The notes under the pieces were generated by a model. It ran no database searches. It had not been told where the DNA came from and was given only the letters and a program-made list of their open reading frames with translations. Positions 10,136 through 19,322 of a DNA stretch of 61,299 nt are shown one piece after another; the first letter of the stretch is position 1, and each line of letters starts with the position of its first letter. The stretch comes from Myxococcales bacterium (GTDB taxonomy: Bacteria; Myxococcota_A; UBA9042): NCBI GenBank assembly GCA_037441385.1, contig JBBISH010000024.1, positions 1 to 61,299 on the forward strand, written 5' to 3'. The position numbers and the translations under genes are program-made.

Positions 10136-11299
10136 CTATTCGGGCTGGCACGTCTCGTCCGAACCAGGACCACCGATGCCGCCGGGCTGGTTGGAAAAGA
10201 TCACGGTGGCAAACTGGGCCGCGCAGGCGGTGGGAGCACAGAAGTACGGTTTGCCGTTGCTGAAAATGCACTCGGCGCCCGCGCCGCAGTCGGCGTTGGC
10301 TTGGCAACCCACCGTGCAGAAGCTGCTGTATTGACTCTGACCTTGGGGCAGGTACAGCGGATTGTCGCCCAGGCAGGTCGAGCCGGCAAAAGGCGCGCAG
10401 GCGGCGCCGCCGGCTTTGCACAGCGTGCCTACACCCTTGGCGTTGGCGGTGGCATTGCAGACAAAGCCCTTGTCCTTCTTGCGGTATTGCTCGTAGTACC
10501 CGTCGAACAGGTCGGTGCAGCCCGCCGGCATGCAAATGCCCCCGCCGTACGACAGGTGGCAGTAGGCCCCGGCGCCACACTCGACCGACGACGTGCAGGC
10601 CATCGAGCACAACGCGCCGTATTTCTTGGCGTCGGCGATGCAACAGCTGGCCGTCATGCCCTTGCACATCCCTGCGCCGGGCATGCACGGTTTGCCCACG
10701 CCCAAGTCGTTGACTTGTCCAGCCTTCCAGCACGTCACCGTTTCCAGCTTCTCTTGCGCAGGATTTTCGGCGACACAGGCGCCTCCCACCCAGTGCTGAT
10801 AGTTCTCGCAACCGTTGGGATCTTTCCACGACGGGAACCACGGCACGTCAGCTTTCGCGTCCACGCCAGCGGCCACGTCCCCGGCGGCGGCGTCGGGCGT
10901 TGGGGTCGCGTCGGCGACCGCGTCCGGTGCGGCCACGTCGGGAGCGGGCGCATCCGCGCTTCCGGCTGCGTCGGCAACGGCGGCGTCGGGGGCCGCGGCA
11001 AGGTCGTCGGCTGGGGGCGGCAAGACGTCGGCAGCGCTGGTCGCATCCGCGGCCGCTGCGTCGGGCTCGATCGCGACCGCCCCATCTTGGGCCGGCGCAG
11101 GCCCGGCCGTGTCCTTGGCGCCGGGGGCCGCGGCGCCAGTATCGGCGCTGGCCGCGACGGCGTCGTCGCCTGCAACGGGGGCGGTATCCGCCTTGCCGGT
11201 CGGTGGGTTGGCGGCGGGAGTGGCGCCGTTCGAACACGCCGCCAAGGTGGCGACGGCTGCCAGCGCCGACCACCTTCCAAAGCGATGCAGTACAAGCAT
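10136..11299 (-). CDS. Cys-rich lipoprotein with an Ala/Asp/Pro linker and two repeated disulfide-rich modules
   Basis: Lipobox LAAC; DA-rich stalk; two N..GVG..C...C..C..C..CGAGA.C..C.P..C repeats. Confidence 0.75.
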   Translation of the reverse strand: MLVLHRFGRWSALAAVATLAACSNGATPAANPPTGKADTAPVAGDDAVAASADTGAAAPGAKDTAGPAPAQDGAVAIEPDAAAADATSAADVLPPPADDLAAAPDAAVADAAGSADAPAPDVAAPDAVADATPTPDAAAGDVAAGVDAKADVPWFPSWKDPNGCENYQHWVGGACVAENPAQEKLETVTCWKAGQVNDLGVGKPCMPGAGMCKGMTASCCIADAKKYGALCSMACTSSVECGAGAYCHLSYGGGICMPAGCTDLFDGYYEQYRKKDKGFVCNATANAKGVGTLCKAGGAACAPFAGSTCLGDNPLYLPQGQSQYSSFCTVGCQANADCGAGAECIFSNGKPYFCAPTACAAQFATVIFSNQPGGIGGPGSDETCQPE

Positions 11300-11336
11300 T
11301 TTGCGCCCTTGCCAGCCACCGTGGGCCACTCCCACC

Positions 11337-11364
11337 ATCGTAGGTCAGGCGCCGCGGGCGTCAA
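11337..11364 (-). promoter_or_regulatory. Sigma70-like promoter TTGACG-N16-TACGAT
   Basis: Read directly on the minus strand, about 40 bp upstream of the ATG at 11299. Confidence 0.5.
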
Positions 11365-11520
11365 GCCCATTCCGCTGGAGGCCCACTCCTACAAACCCCA
11401 CTTGGTTCGCGCCGCTACCGTCTCTCGGACCCGGCCTGCAACAGGCGAGAATCAGGTGGGGACCCCGGCCCAGGCCCAAGGAATCTCCAGAGTTTTCGCG
11501 CGGATTTTGACGGACCCGGT
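11365..11520 (-). mobile_element. Dispersed repeat B (MITE-like), copy 1
   Basis: Reverse complement of 11405-11520 aligns without gaps to 61184-61299 (88/116 by hand count). Degenerate terminal inverted repeats. Confidence 0.65.
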
Positions 11521-11726
11521 TTCGCCGCGCCAGTGGGGACAGCGCGAAGTGGAGAGGACCAACCAAGCGGCTCCGCGGGCGCGTCGAGGCCAGTTCCGGG
11601 CGGAGTGGCCACGGAAAGTCCTCTTGGCGAATCGGCGCTCTTGTTCGACCTCGTTGCTGGAATCGAATTGGGATCTGCTACGTTGTAGTTCTGGTGCCGC
11701 GCGGGCGGCAGGGCTGGAGTAGGCCA

Positions 11727-12575
11727 ATGGATCGTCGGACCTTCCTGCGCAGGCTGGCCGTGGGAGCCGCCGCAGCGTCAGCGGGCCCAGCGCTGTTCCA
11801 CGCGGGCGAAGCGCTGGCCCACCCGGCCGGGCACGTGGGTCTGCGCCGCTACAAGGTGCCGTTTCGCGGCGCGCGGCTGTGGCAGCCCGAAACCCGGCTG
11901 CGGGTGGCCCAACTCAGCGACATCCACGTGGGTTGGGGCACGCCGGCCGAGACGCTGCTGGCTGCTCAGCGCGCCGCCCACGCCGCCAAACCCGATTTGC
12001 TTGTGCTGACGGGCGACTACCTGAATCAGTCGCTGTCCGAGATGGATGCCCTGCAAGCGTGGCTGGCCAGCCTGCCGCGGCCGATCGTGGCGACGCTGGG
12101 CAATCACGATCACTACAGCGGCGCGTTGGCGATTCGGCGACTGCTGGATCAGCAAGGGATCATCACCCTGGTCAACCAGAACGTGCAGCTGGACGTCGCC
12201 GGCCGGCCGCTCACGGTGGTGGGCCTGGACGACGGCTTTACCCACCGCGACGATCCCGAGAAGGCCTTTGCCGGCCTGAGCCAGCCCGATCGGGCGTTGG
12301 TCTTGTCGCACGAACCGCGCACCTCCGACCGGATCGGCCTGCACGGCGGCCGGCTGGTGCTGTCGGGCCACACCCACGGCGGCCAGGTGGCGGTGCCGGG
12401 TCTGACCGATATGATCACGGATCTCGTGGGGATGCGCTATGTGGCGGGCTGGTACAAGGCGGGCGACTCGGCCCTGTACGTCAACGCCGGTGTGGGCGCG
12501 TCGGTGCGGGTGCCGCGGCTGGGCCAGCAGACAGTGCCCGAGCTGTCGCTGTTCGAGCTAGAGCTGCCGACGTAG
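11727..12575 (+). CDS. Tat-exported calcineurin-like metallophosphoesterase (YkuE-like)
   Basis: Tat signal MDRRTFL; motifs DIH, GD, GNHD, SHEP, GHTHGGQ. Confidence 0.9.
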   Translation: MDRRTFLRRLAVGAAAASAGPALFHAGEALAHPAGHVGLRRYKVPFRGARLWQPETRLRVAQLSDIHVGWGTPAETLLAAQRAAHAAKPDLLVLTGDYLNQSLSEMDALQAWLASLPRPIVATLGNHDHYSGALAIRRLLDQQGIITLVNQNVQLDVAGRPLTVVGLDDGFTHRDDPEKAFAGLSQPDRALVLSHEPRTSDRIGLHGGRLVLSGHTHGGQVAVPGLTDMITDLVGMRYVAGWYKAGDSALYVNAGVGASVRVPRLGQQTVPELSLFELELPT

Positions 12576-12590
12576 GTGTAGGTCGCGGCC

Positions 12591-14018
12591 TCAGTGCTGG
12601 GGTTTCGCGCCCTTGCGCAACTCGGCCTTCTTGGCGACCCAGCCTTCCTTGATCGTCGTCGGTGCGCGGGTGACGATCAACGCCCCGGCGGGCACGTCGC
12701 GAGTTACCGTCGTGCCGGCGCCCACATAGGCCTGGTCTCCGAGCGTCACCGGCGCCACCAGCTGGGTGTCCGAGCCGATGAACACGCCGCGGCCCAGCAC
12801 CGTCTTGAACTTGTTCACCCCATCGTAATTGCAGGTGATCGTGCCGGCGCCGATGTTGCAGTCGGGGCCGATCTCGGCGTCGCCCAGGTACGACAAGTGG
12901 CTGGCCTTGGCGCCGATGCCCAGGTGCGCCTTCTTGGTCTCGACGAAGTTGCCCACCTTGACCTTGGCCTCGAGCCGGGTGCCCGGCCGCAAGTGCGCGA
13001 AGGGCCCCACATGGGCGCCGGGGCCGATCTCGCTCTCGCTCGCCACCGTGTAAGGCAGCAAGTGCGCGCCCTCGCTCACGATCACGTCGCGCAGCACGCA
13101 GCCGCGCTCGATGATCGCGCCGCCGGCAATCGTGGTGGCGCCGCGCAGCTCGACACTGCCGCCCACTTGCACGTCGGCGCTCAGCTGCACGCTGGTCTCG
13201 ACCAGGGTCGTCGCCGGATCGTCAAAGGTGACGCCGCGGAGCATCCACGCGCGGTTGACGCGGTCGCGCAAGATTTCGCCGCACAGCGCGAGCTCGCCGC
13301 GATGGTTGACGCCCTGGATCTCGCGGTGATCCGGCAGGACATGCGGCGCGCCCGGCTGACCCTGCTGCGCGGCCATCCCCAGCAGGTCGGTCAGGTACAA
13401 CTCGCCCTGGGCGTTGTTCGGCTTCAGCTCCGGCAGCGCCGCGGCCAAGAACTGCGCGTCGACACTCATCATGCCGGCGTTGATCACGCGGATCTGCCGC
13501 TGGGCCTCGCTCGCGTCCTTGTGCTCCACCACCGCGGCGATGCGCCCCTGATCGTTCAGCACCACCCGGCCGTAGCCGGTGGGATCGGGGAGCTCGCCCA
13601 CCAGCAACGACAGCAGGCCGCCGGCGCGCGCTTTGCGCAGGTCCTGCAGGGTTGCGGCGGTGAGCAGCGGCGTATCCCCATACAGAATCAAGACTTCGTC
13701 GACACCACTCCAGCCGGGCTGGGCACACTGCACCGCGTGCCCGGTACCGCCTTGGTAGGGTTGCTCAAAGCACTGCGGCGCGGCGCCGGCGGCCAGTTTG
13801 GCGGCGTTGGCCTGCGTCCACTGGGCGACCCACGCCTCGACTTGGGCGCGGCCGTGCCCGGTGACCACCACCAGCTTGTCGGGCGCCAATTGCGTCGCAG
13901 CATCTAGGACGTGCCCCAGCATCGGCTGGCCCAGCAGCGGGTGCAGCACCTTGGGCGTTTGGCTGACCATGCGTTTGCCAAGTCCAGCGGCCAAGATGAC
14001 AACGGCGAGCGACGACAT
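12591..14018 (-). CDS. glmU: Bifunctional UDP-GlcNAc pyrophosphorylase/GlcN-1-P acetyltransferase
   Basis: LAAGLGKRM, PKVLH, YGDTP, GYGR, hexapeptide repeats, GNFVETK, HLSYLGD, NYDG. Confidence 0.97.
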   Translation of the reverse strand: MSSLAVVILAAGLGKRMVSQTPKVLHPLLGQPMLGHVLDAATQLAPDKLVVVTGHGRAQVEAWVAQWTQANAAKLAAGAAPQCFEQPYQGGTGHAVQCAQPGWSGVDEVLILYGDTPLLTAATLQDLRKARAGGLLSLLVGELPDPTGYGRVVLNDQGRIAAVVEHKDASEAQRQIRVINAGMMSVDAQFLAAALPELKPNNAQGELYLTDLLGMAAQQGQPGAPHVLPDHREIQGVNHRGELALCGEILRDRVNRAWMLRGVTFDDPATTLVETSVQLSADVQVGGSVELRGATTIAGGAIIERGCVLRDVIVSEGAHLLPYTVASESEIGPGAHVGPFAHLRPGTRLEAKVKVGNFVETKKAHLGIGAKASHLSYLGDAEIGPDCNIGAGTITCNYDGVNKFKTVLGRGVFIGSDTQLVAPVTLGDQAYVGAGTTVTRDVPAGALIVTRAPTTIKEGWVAKKAELRKGAKPQH

Positions 14019-14249
14019 ACGCAGTTCCTGTGGGTGCGGCCAAGGCGGCGGCGGCGCGAAGAATCGCCCGAAGTGGCGCCAAAGGCAACTGTGGGTAGCC
14101 GTAGAGAGCCCCTGGAATTGCGTTGCGCTAAGGGTGCAAACCCGGCATGATTCGAGAGTCTTCGGGTTCACCCGAATCATGGTCGATCGGCCCCACCTCG
14201 GGAGGGTGAAGCCGGCGAGTTTCCTCCCTTTCCCCAGGGCGGCGCGCCA

Positions 14250-14666
14250 ATGAACGTGTCGAGCACAGCCAAGCTGACCGAGCCGCAGCCCGTGCGGGTG
14301 TTGTTGGTCGACGACGACGCGACCTGGACCACCATCGTGCGGCACCTGCTGCGCAAGGCCCGGCCGGGGTCCGAGCTGCAATGGGCCGGCGACGGGCCCC
14401 AAGCGGCCGAGCTTCTGCGACGCGGCGGATTTGACTGCTGTTTGCTGGACTATCGGCTGGGAGCCCAGTCGGGCCTGGACGTGCTGCGGCACTTGGCCGC
14501 CGAGACCAAGAACGTGCCCGTGGTGCTGCTCTCTGGAATGGACGACCCGCAAGTGGCCGCGCAGGCTAGCGAACTGGGCGCCGTGGCGTGGCTATCCAAG
14601 GACGACGTAAGCGCGGCCACGTTGGAGCGAGTGCTGCGGGTGGCGGCGGCGCGGCGGCAGGCGTAA
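14250..14666 (+). CDS. Single-domain response regulator (receiver)
   Basis: VLLVDDD, LLDYRL phospho-acceptor, LLSG, conserved K. Confidence 0.88.
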   Translation: MNVSSTAKLTEPQPVRVLLVDDDATWTTIVRHLLRKARPGSELQWAGDGPQAAELLRRGGFDCCLLDYRLGAQSGLDVLRHLAAETKNVPVVLLSGMDDPQVAAQASELGAVAWLSKDDVSAATLERVLRVAAARRQA

Positions 14667-14691
14667 CGCCCGGGCCGGGCCACGGGCGCGG

Positions 14692-15456
14692 CTATTCGGT
14701 CAGCTGACCGGCGACCAGAAAATCCGAGAACAATTCCCAGGTGATCGACTCGACTTCAAAGGCGTCGCCGTCGCCGCAGCAGCCGCCGGCGCAGTCGCAT
14801 TCGCCGTCGCAGCCGCCTTCGCAGTCACAGTCGCCGTCACAGTCGCCGTCGCAGCCGTCTTCGCACTCGCCGTCGTCGCCGCAGCAACCGCCGCCGGAAC
14901 CGCAGCCGCAACCAGCCTTTTTGATCTGGGCCACGCTGGGACGCTCGGGCTTGCTGCCGCCGCCACAGCCGCCGCTGCCGCACCCGCCGCCGCAGCCCCC
15001 GCCCTCTTCTTCGCCGCTGACCCAGCCATCAAAGACCGTGACCGCGCCCGCTTCCAAGAAGGCCATGGTGGTCGCGTTGTTCCATGGCGGCTGACCGCCC
15101 GACGCTGGGATCACGCCGTCCTGAGCCTGGTCCATGCGCCGCGCCAGATCCACGGCCTGCGACAAGATGATCGCCTGCCAGCGCCAATAGCCGCCCAGTT
15201 CGGCTTGCTGAACGGCCGCGCGGACTTGCTCAAGGTCGATTGCGGGCGCCGGCTCGTCCAGGGCGCGGTCAAGCGCCGCCACAAACTCGGTGAACGGCAG
15301 CGCTTCGGCATCTTTGTGGGCGCTGGCCAACTGCCAAAGCGCCAGCAAGTACTCGGGCAGTGGGCGCGCGGAGTCCCAGTACTTGGTGGCCAACTCCTCG
15401 ACGTGGTCGCAGAAGTCGACGTTGGTGCGGACCTGGTCGGCGGGCATTTCGAACAT
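14692..15456 (-). CDS. Hypothetical protein with a Cys/Gly/acid-rich metallothionein-like segment
   Basis: Globular-looking N-terminus, about 17 Cys in the low-complexity segment, C-terminal ITWELFSDFLVAGQLTE. Confidence 0.7.
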   Translation of the reverse strand: MFEMPADQVRTNVDFCDHVEELATKYWDSARPLPEYLLALWQLASAHKDAEALPFTEFVAALDRALDEPAPAIDLEQVRAAVQQAELGGYWRWQAIILSQAVDLARRMDQAQDGVIPASGGQPPWNNATTMAFLEAGAVTVFDGWVSGEEEGGGCGGGCGSGGCGGGSKPERPSVAQIKKAGCGCGSGGGCCGDDGECEDGCDGDCDGDCDCEGGCDGECDCAGGCCGDGDAFEVESITWELFSDFLVAGQLTE

Positions 15457-15593
15457 GCGCAAAGCTCCGGCGCTGCGTGCGCCTGTGCGGGGTGGTGTGT
15501 CAAACCTGAGGCGGCAAGTCAAGCACTGGCTGCACTTGCGTGGCGCGCCTGTTGCGCTGGGGCCGTGAGCGGCTATCCTTGGCGCTTGCGGAG

Positions 15594-17150
15594 GTGGCCG
15601 TGCTCGCCCAATCCCGGATCCTGGTCGTGGGCAACGACCCCGACATCCTGCAGCAAATTGGCCAAGTGGTGCAGCCGCTTGGGTGCCTGGCGCTGCACGT
15701 CATCAGCGTCGAAGAGCTGCGCCAGCGCTTGGCCGACCTGGCCCCCGACCTGGTGCTGCTCGATGGCGATTCGTCGCTCTGCCGCGAGTCGGACCTGCGC
15801 CAGGGCGTGGTGGACTGCCTGCGCCGTTCGGCGAGCCGGCCGCAAGTGCTGTTGATGTCGCGGGTCGACGACAGCGAGCGCGAGGCGCTGTGGCAGGCGT
15901 CGCAGGCCGACGACCTGATCGATAAGCCCTTGGAACAGCTGGACTTGTTGGTGCGCGTGCGCTCGCTGGTGCGCGTGCATCGCCTGACCACCCAGGTGAC
16001 GCGCGACCGCGACGTGTTGAACGCGCTGTTCGAGCTGTCGACCTTCAGCTCGGATTTTCAGAGCCCGGATGCGGTGTTGCTGGCTCTGACCAAGCGCGTG
16101 GCCGAGTGGACCGGCCTGCACCACGTCGCGGTGACCTTGGGGTCGCCGGGCCAAGCGCGCACCGCCGCCGAGACGCACCACCGGCCAGGCAATCGCGGAC
16201 AATCGTTCTTGGATCGCCGCCATGCCGAGCTGTGCGCCCGCGGCGACATCTGGAGCATCGACGAGGCCGAGGGCGTGCTGGCCGGCGAGAGTTCGGGGTC
16301 GCTGCCCTACATCGGCATCCCACTCAAGACGCAAAGCGGCGAGATTTTGGGTGCTTTGCACGCTTGGGGCGGTGGTCCGCTGCCGTCGGGCCAGCACATG
16401 CGCGTGCTGCGGGTGGCGGCGGAACGGATCAGCACCGAAATTCAGCTGCACGAGAGCAAGCGACGCCTGGAAGAGATGGTCGAGGCGCGCACTTCAGACC
16501 TGACCGCGGCGCTGGAGCGTTTGCGCACCGTCAACACCCAGCTCATCGAAGCGAGCCGCGACACGGTGATGCGGCTGGCGCGGGCCGCCGAATACCGCGA
16601 CGGCGACACCGGCGAGCACGTCGAGCGCATGTCGAGCTACTCAGCGGCGATCGCCAAGCAAATGGGCATTCCGCCAGAGGATCAGGCCCTGCTCAAGCTG
16701 GCGGCGCCGATGCACGACGTGGGCAAGATCGGCATCCGCGACTCGATCTTGCTCAAGCAGGGGCGCCTGACCGCTGAAGAATGGGACGTGATGCGCCAGC
16801 ACCCCACCATCGGCGCCCAGATTTTGGGCGGCTCGCGCTCGCGCCTGCTGCAGATGGCCGAGGAGATTGCCGCCTCGCACCACGAGCGTTGGGACGGCGA
16901 GGGCTATCCGGCGCGCAAACAGGGCGAGGCCATCCCGCTGTACGGCCGCATCGTGGCCCTGGCGGATGTTTTTGATGCCCTGACGACGCCGCGGGTCTAC
17001 AAAGACGCCTGGAGCGTCGAGGACGCCGTCGCGCACATCCGCCGCGAGTCGGGCAAGCAGTTCGACCCGCGGGTCGTCGAGGCGTTCGAGCAATGTCTGC
17101 ACCGTCTGTTGGAAATTCGCGCACAATTCGTCGACTCGCCGGCGGCTTGA
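15594..17150 (+). CDS. Receiver-like/GAF/HD-GYP c-di-GMP phosphodiesterase
   Basis: REC-like N-terminus; GAF-like [44 protein letters not shown] start uncertain. Confidence 0.9.
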   Translation: MAVLAQSRILVVGNDPDILQQIGQVVQPLGCLALHVISVEELRQRLADLAPDLVLLDGDSSLCRESDLRQGVVDCLRRSASRPQVLLMSRVDDSEREALWQASQADDLIDKPLEQLDLLVRVRSLVRVHRLTTQVTRDRDVLNALFELSTFSSDFQSPDAVLLALTKRVAEWTGLHHVAVTLGSPGQARTAAETHHRPGNRGQSFLDRRHAELCARGDIWSIDEAEGVLAGESSGSLPYIGIPLKTQSGEILGALHAWGGGPLPSGQHMRVLRVAAERISTEIQLHESKRRLEEMVEARTSDLTAALERLRTVNTQLIEASRDTVMRLARAAEYRDGDTGEHVERMSSYSAAIAKQMGIPPEDQALLKLAAPMHDVGKIGIRDSILLKQGRLTAEEWDVMRQHPTIGAQILGGSRSRLLQMAEEIAASHHERWDGEGYPARKQGEAIPLYGRIVALADVFDALTTPRVYKDAWSVEDAVAHIRRESGKQFDPRVVEAFEQCLHRLLEIRAQFVDSPAA

Positions 17151-17755
17151 TCGCCCTGGCCCTGGCGGGTGCGGGCTGTCGGCAGCCGGCGACCACAGCT
17201 GGGTCCGCGGGCAGAGCGGGGCCAGCAGCCAGCGACGTAGGCGCTAGCGCAGCGGTCCCGGACTCGACCTGGCTCGTCCCCAAACCCGAGGCGGCCTTGC
17301 AACTGGGCGGCTGTGGCCGCGCTTGCGAATCACCAGAGTCGGCGGTGAGTTTTTTGCTGACGCAGCTGTCCAGCCCCGACGCCGCGGTGCAGCTGCGGCC
17401 ACTCGTCGACTGGTCGCTGCTGGTGGTCGACGGCCGCGACCTGGGCACGCACTGGGCCATGCAGTGGGCCGATCCCGCCCAGCGCAGCGCGCGCGACGCC
17501 GAGATTGCAGCCTTCTTGACCGAGTGGACCCGCTGGCCCAGCCGCAGCGTGCAAGCCGACGGCTGGGGTCGCATGCGCAGCAACGGCATTCAACTCCGCT
17601 TGCAGGATGAGCAAACTGCGGTGGTACAACTGCGGCATCCGCAACTCCGCGACGATACGACCGAGCCGACGTGGCAGCTGCAGTGGCACAAGCGCGGCAG
17701 CGAGTGGCTGCTCAGCGGCATCGACCACCAGCCCAGTCTGCGGGGCAAGCCGTGA
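17147..17755 (+). CDS. Hypothetical lipoprotein
   Basis: TTG overlaps the upstream TGA; signal with LAGAGC. Confidence 0.6.
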   Translation: MIALALAGAGCRQPATTAGSAGRAGPAASDVGASAAVPDSTWLVPKPEAALQLGGCGRACESPESAVSFLLTQLSSPDAAVQLRPLVDWSLLVVDGRDLGTHWAMQWADPAQRSARDAEIAAFLTEWTRWPSRSVQADGWGRMRSNGIQLRLQDEQTAVVQLRHPQLRDDTTEPTWQLQWHKRGSEWLLSGIDHQPSLRGKP

Positions 17756-18291
17756 AAGTGGCCTTGGTCGCACTGGTTTGGCTGGCGGCATGCGCGTCGT
17801 CGGCCGAACCTGCGCCTGCGAGCACCTGCCGATCGCCCGACCTGAACGCCTGCCCTGCCGGCTATGTGTGCCCCAGCGAGACCGAGTGCCTGGCCACCGC
17901 CGGCTGCCGCGACCACGGCCTGTGCCGCCCCGACGGTGCCGTCTGCGGCGCGGGATGCAGCGCCGACTGCGAAAATGCCCGCGCGTGCCGCTGGTTCGGG
18001 ACCTGCAGCCTGCAGGGCACCGCGTGCGTGGCCGGCAGCGAGGCCGCGTGCCAGCAAAGCGACGCCTGCCGCTGGCAAGGCGAGTGCCACTTGGGCAAGG
18101 ATCCCTCGGGCGGCAGCGCCTGCGTGCCGCTGAGCGACGCCGACTGCCTGGCCAGCGACCAATGCATCCAAGACGGCGCGTGCAGCTTCCTGGTCGGCCG
18201 CTGCCTGGCCGCCACCGCCAAAGACTGCCAGGGCGCGCGCATCTGCAAGGCCTACGGGCGCTGCGCACCCACCTCGGGAACCTGCAACTAG
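17752..18291 (+). CDS. Cys-rich repeat lipoprotein
   Basis: GTGA overlap with the upstream gene; lipobox LAAC; repeated C...C...G.C......C units. Confidence 0.7.
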   Translation: MKVALVALVWLAACASSAEPAPASTCRSPDLNACPAGYVCPSETECLATAGCRDHGLCRPDGAVCGAGCSADCENARACRWFGTCSLQGTACVAGSEAACQQSDACRWQGECHLGKDPSGGSACVPLSDADCLASDQCIQDGACSFLVGRCLAATAKDCQGARICKAYGRCAPTSGTCN

Positions 18292-18305
18292 GTATTGGAA
18301 TCGAG

Positions 18306-19316
18306 ATGATCAAGTACCTTGGCTCCAAGCGGACGCTGCTGGCCCCCATCGTGGCCGCCGTGCAGTCCTTGGGGCCCGTCCGGAGCGTGATCGACCCCTT
18401 CTCGGGCACGGCGCGGGTGGGTCACGCCCTAAAAGGCGCTGGCTTTCAAGTGTTTTCTGGCGACCACAACCGCTACGCCGCCGTGCTCGCGCGCTGCTAC
18501 GTGCAGGCGGACCGGAGCCAGGTGGTGGCCGACTGCGAGCGCTTGCTTGGCGAGCTGCAGGCCCTGCCCGGCCGCGACGGCTGGTTCGTCGAGACCTATT
18601 GCCGCAAATCCCGCTACTTTCAACCGGCCAACGGCGAGCGGATCCAAGCGATGCGCGAGCAAATTGCGGCGTGGAATCTGGATCCCGAGCGCGAGGCGGT
18701 GCTGCTGGTGGCCTTGATGGAGGCCGCCGACCGCGTCGACTCGACCACGGGCGTGCAGATGGCCTACCTCAAGCAATGGGCGAGCCGGTCGTACAACCCC
18801 ATCCAATTGCGCACTCCGGCCGTGCTCGATCGGCCCGCCCAGGGCGGGTGCCAAGCGGCGGAGCTGGACGCGCTGGCGACGGTGCAACACTTCCGCGCCG
18901 ACGTCGCCTACCTGGACCCGCCGTACAACCAGCACAAATACCTGGGTAATTACCATGTCTGGGAGACGTTGATGCGCTGGGACCAGCCCGAGGTCTACGG
19001 CGTGGCGCAAAAGCGCGCCGACTGCCGCGAGCGCCAGAGCGACTTCAACAGCCGGGTGCGCGCCAAGCAGGCCCTGCAAGACGTGATCGATCGCGCGCAA
19101 GTGCAGCACTTCGTGGTCAGTTTTTCGGACGAAGGCTACTTGAGCCGCGACGAGCTGATCGCGATGCTGAGCCGGCGTGGCGAAGTGCAGGCGCTGGCGC
19201 ACGACTTCAAGCGCTACGTGGGCGCGCAGATCGGCATTTACAACCCAGCCGGCGAAAAGGTGGGCAAAGTCAGCCACCTGCGCAACACCGAGTGGCTGTT
19301 CGTGGTGCGCGGCTAG
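18306..19316 (+). CDS. D12-class N6-adenine DNA methyltransferase (orphan)
   Basis: IKYLGSK, SAM-binding DPFSGT, catalytic YLDPPYN. No nuclease gene adjacent. Confidence 0.9.
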   Translation: MIKYLGSKRTLLAPIVAAVQSLGPVRSVIDPFSGTARVGHALKGAGFQVFSGDHNRYAAVLARCYVQADRSQVVADCERLLGELQALPGRDGWFVETYCRKSRYFQPANGERIQAMREQIAAWNLDPEREAVLLVALMEAADRVDSTTGVQMAYLKQWASRSYNPIQLRTPAVLDRPAQGGCQAAELDALATVQHFRADVAYLDPPYNQHKYLGNYHVWETLMRWDQPEVYGVAQKRADCRERQSDFNSRVRAKQALQDVIDRAQVQHFVVSFSDEGYLSRDELIAMLSRRGEVQALAHDFKRYVGAQIGIYNPAGEKVGKVSHLRNTEWLFVVRG

Positions 19317-19322
19317 CGACAG

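Noticed and set aside
11650..11694. Possible degenerate inverted copy of element A
   Set aside because: Needs gaps and shares only short words (CTCGTTGCT, GTTCT.G).
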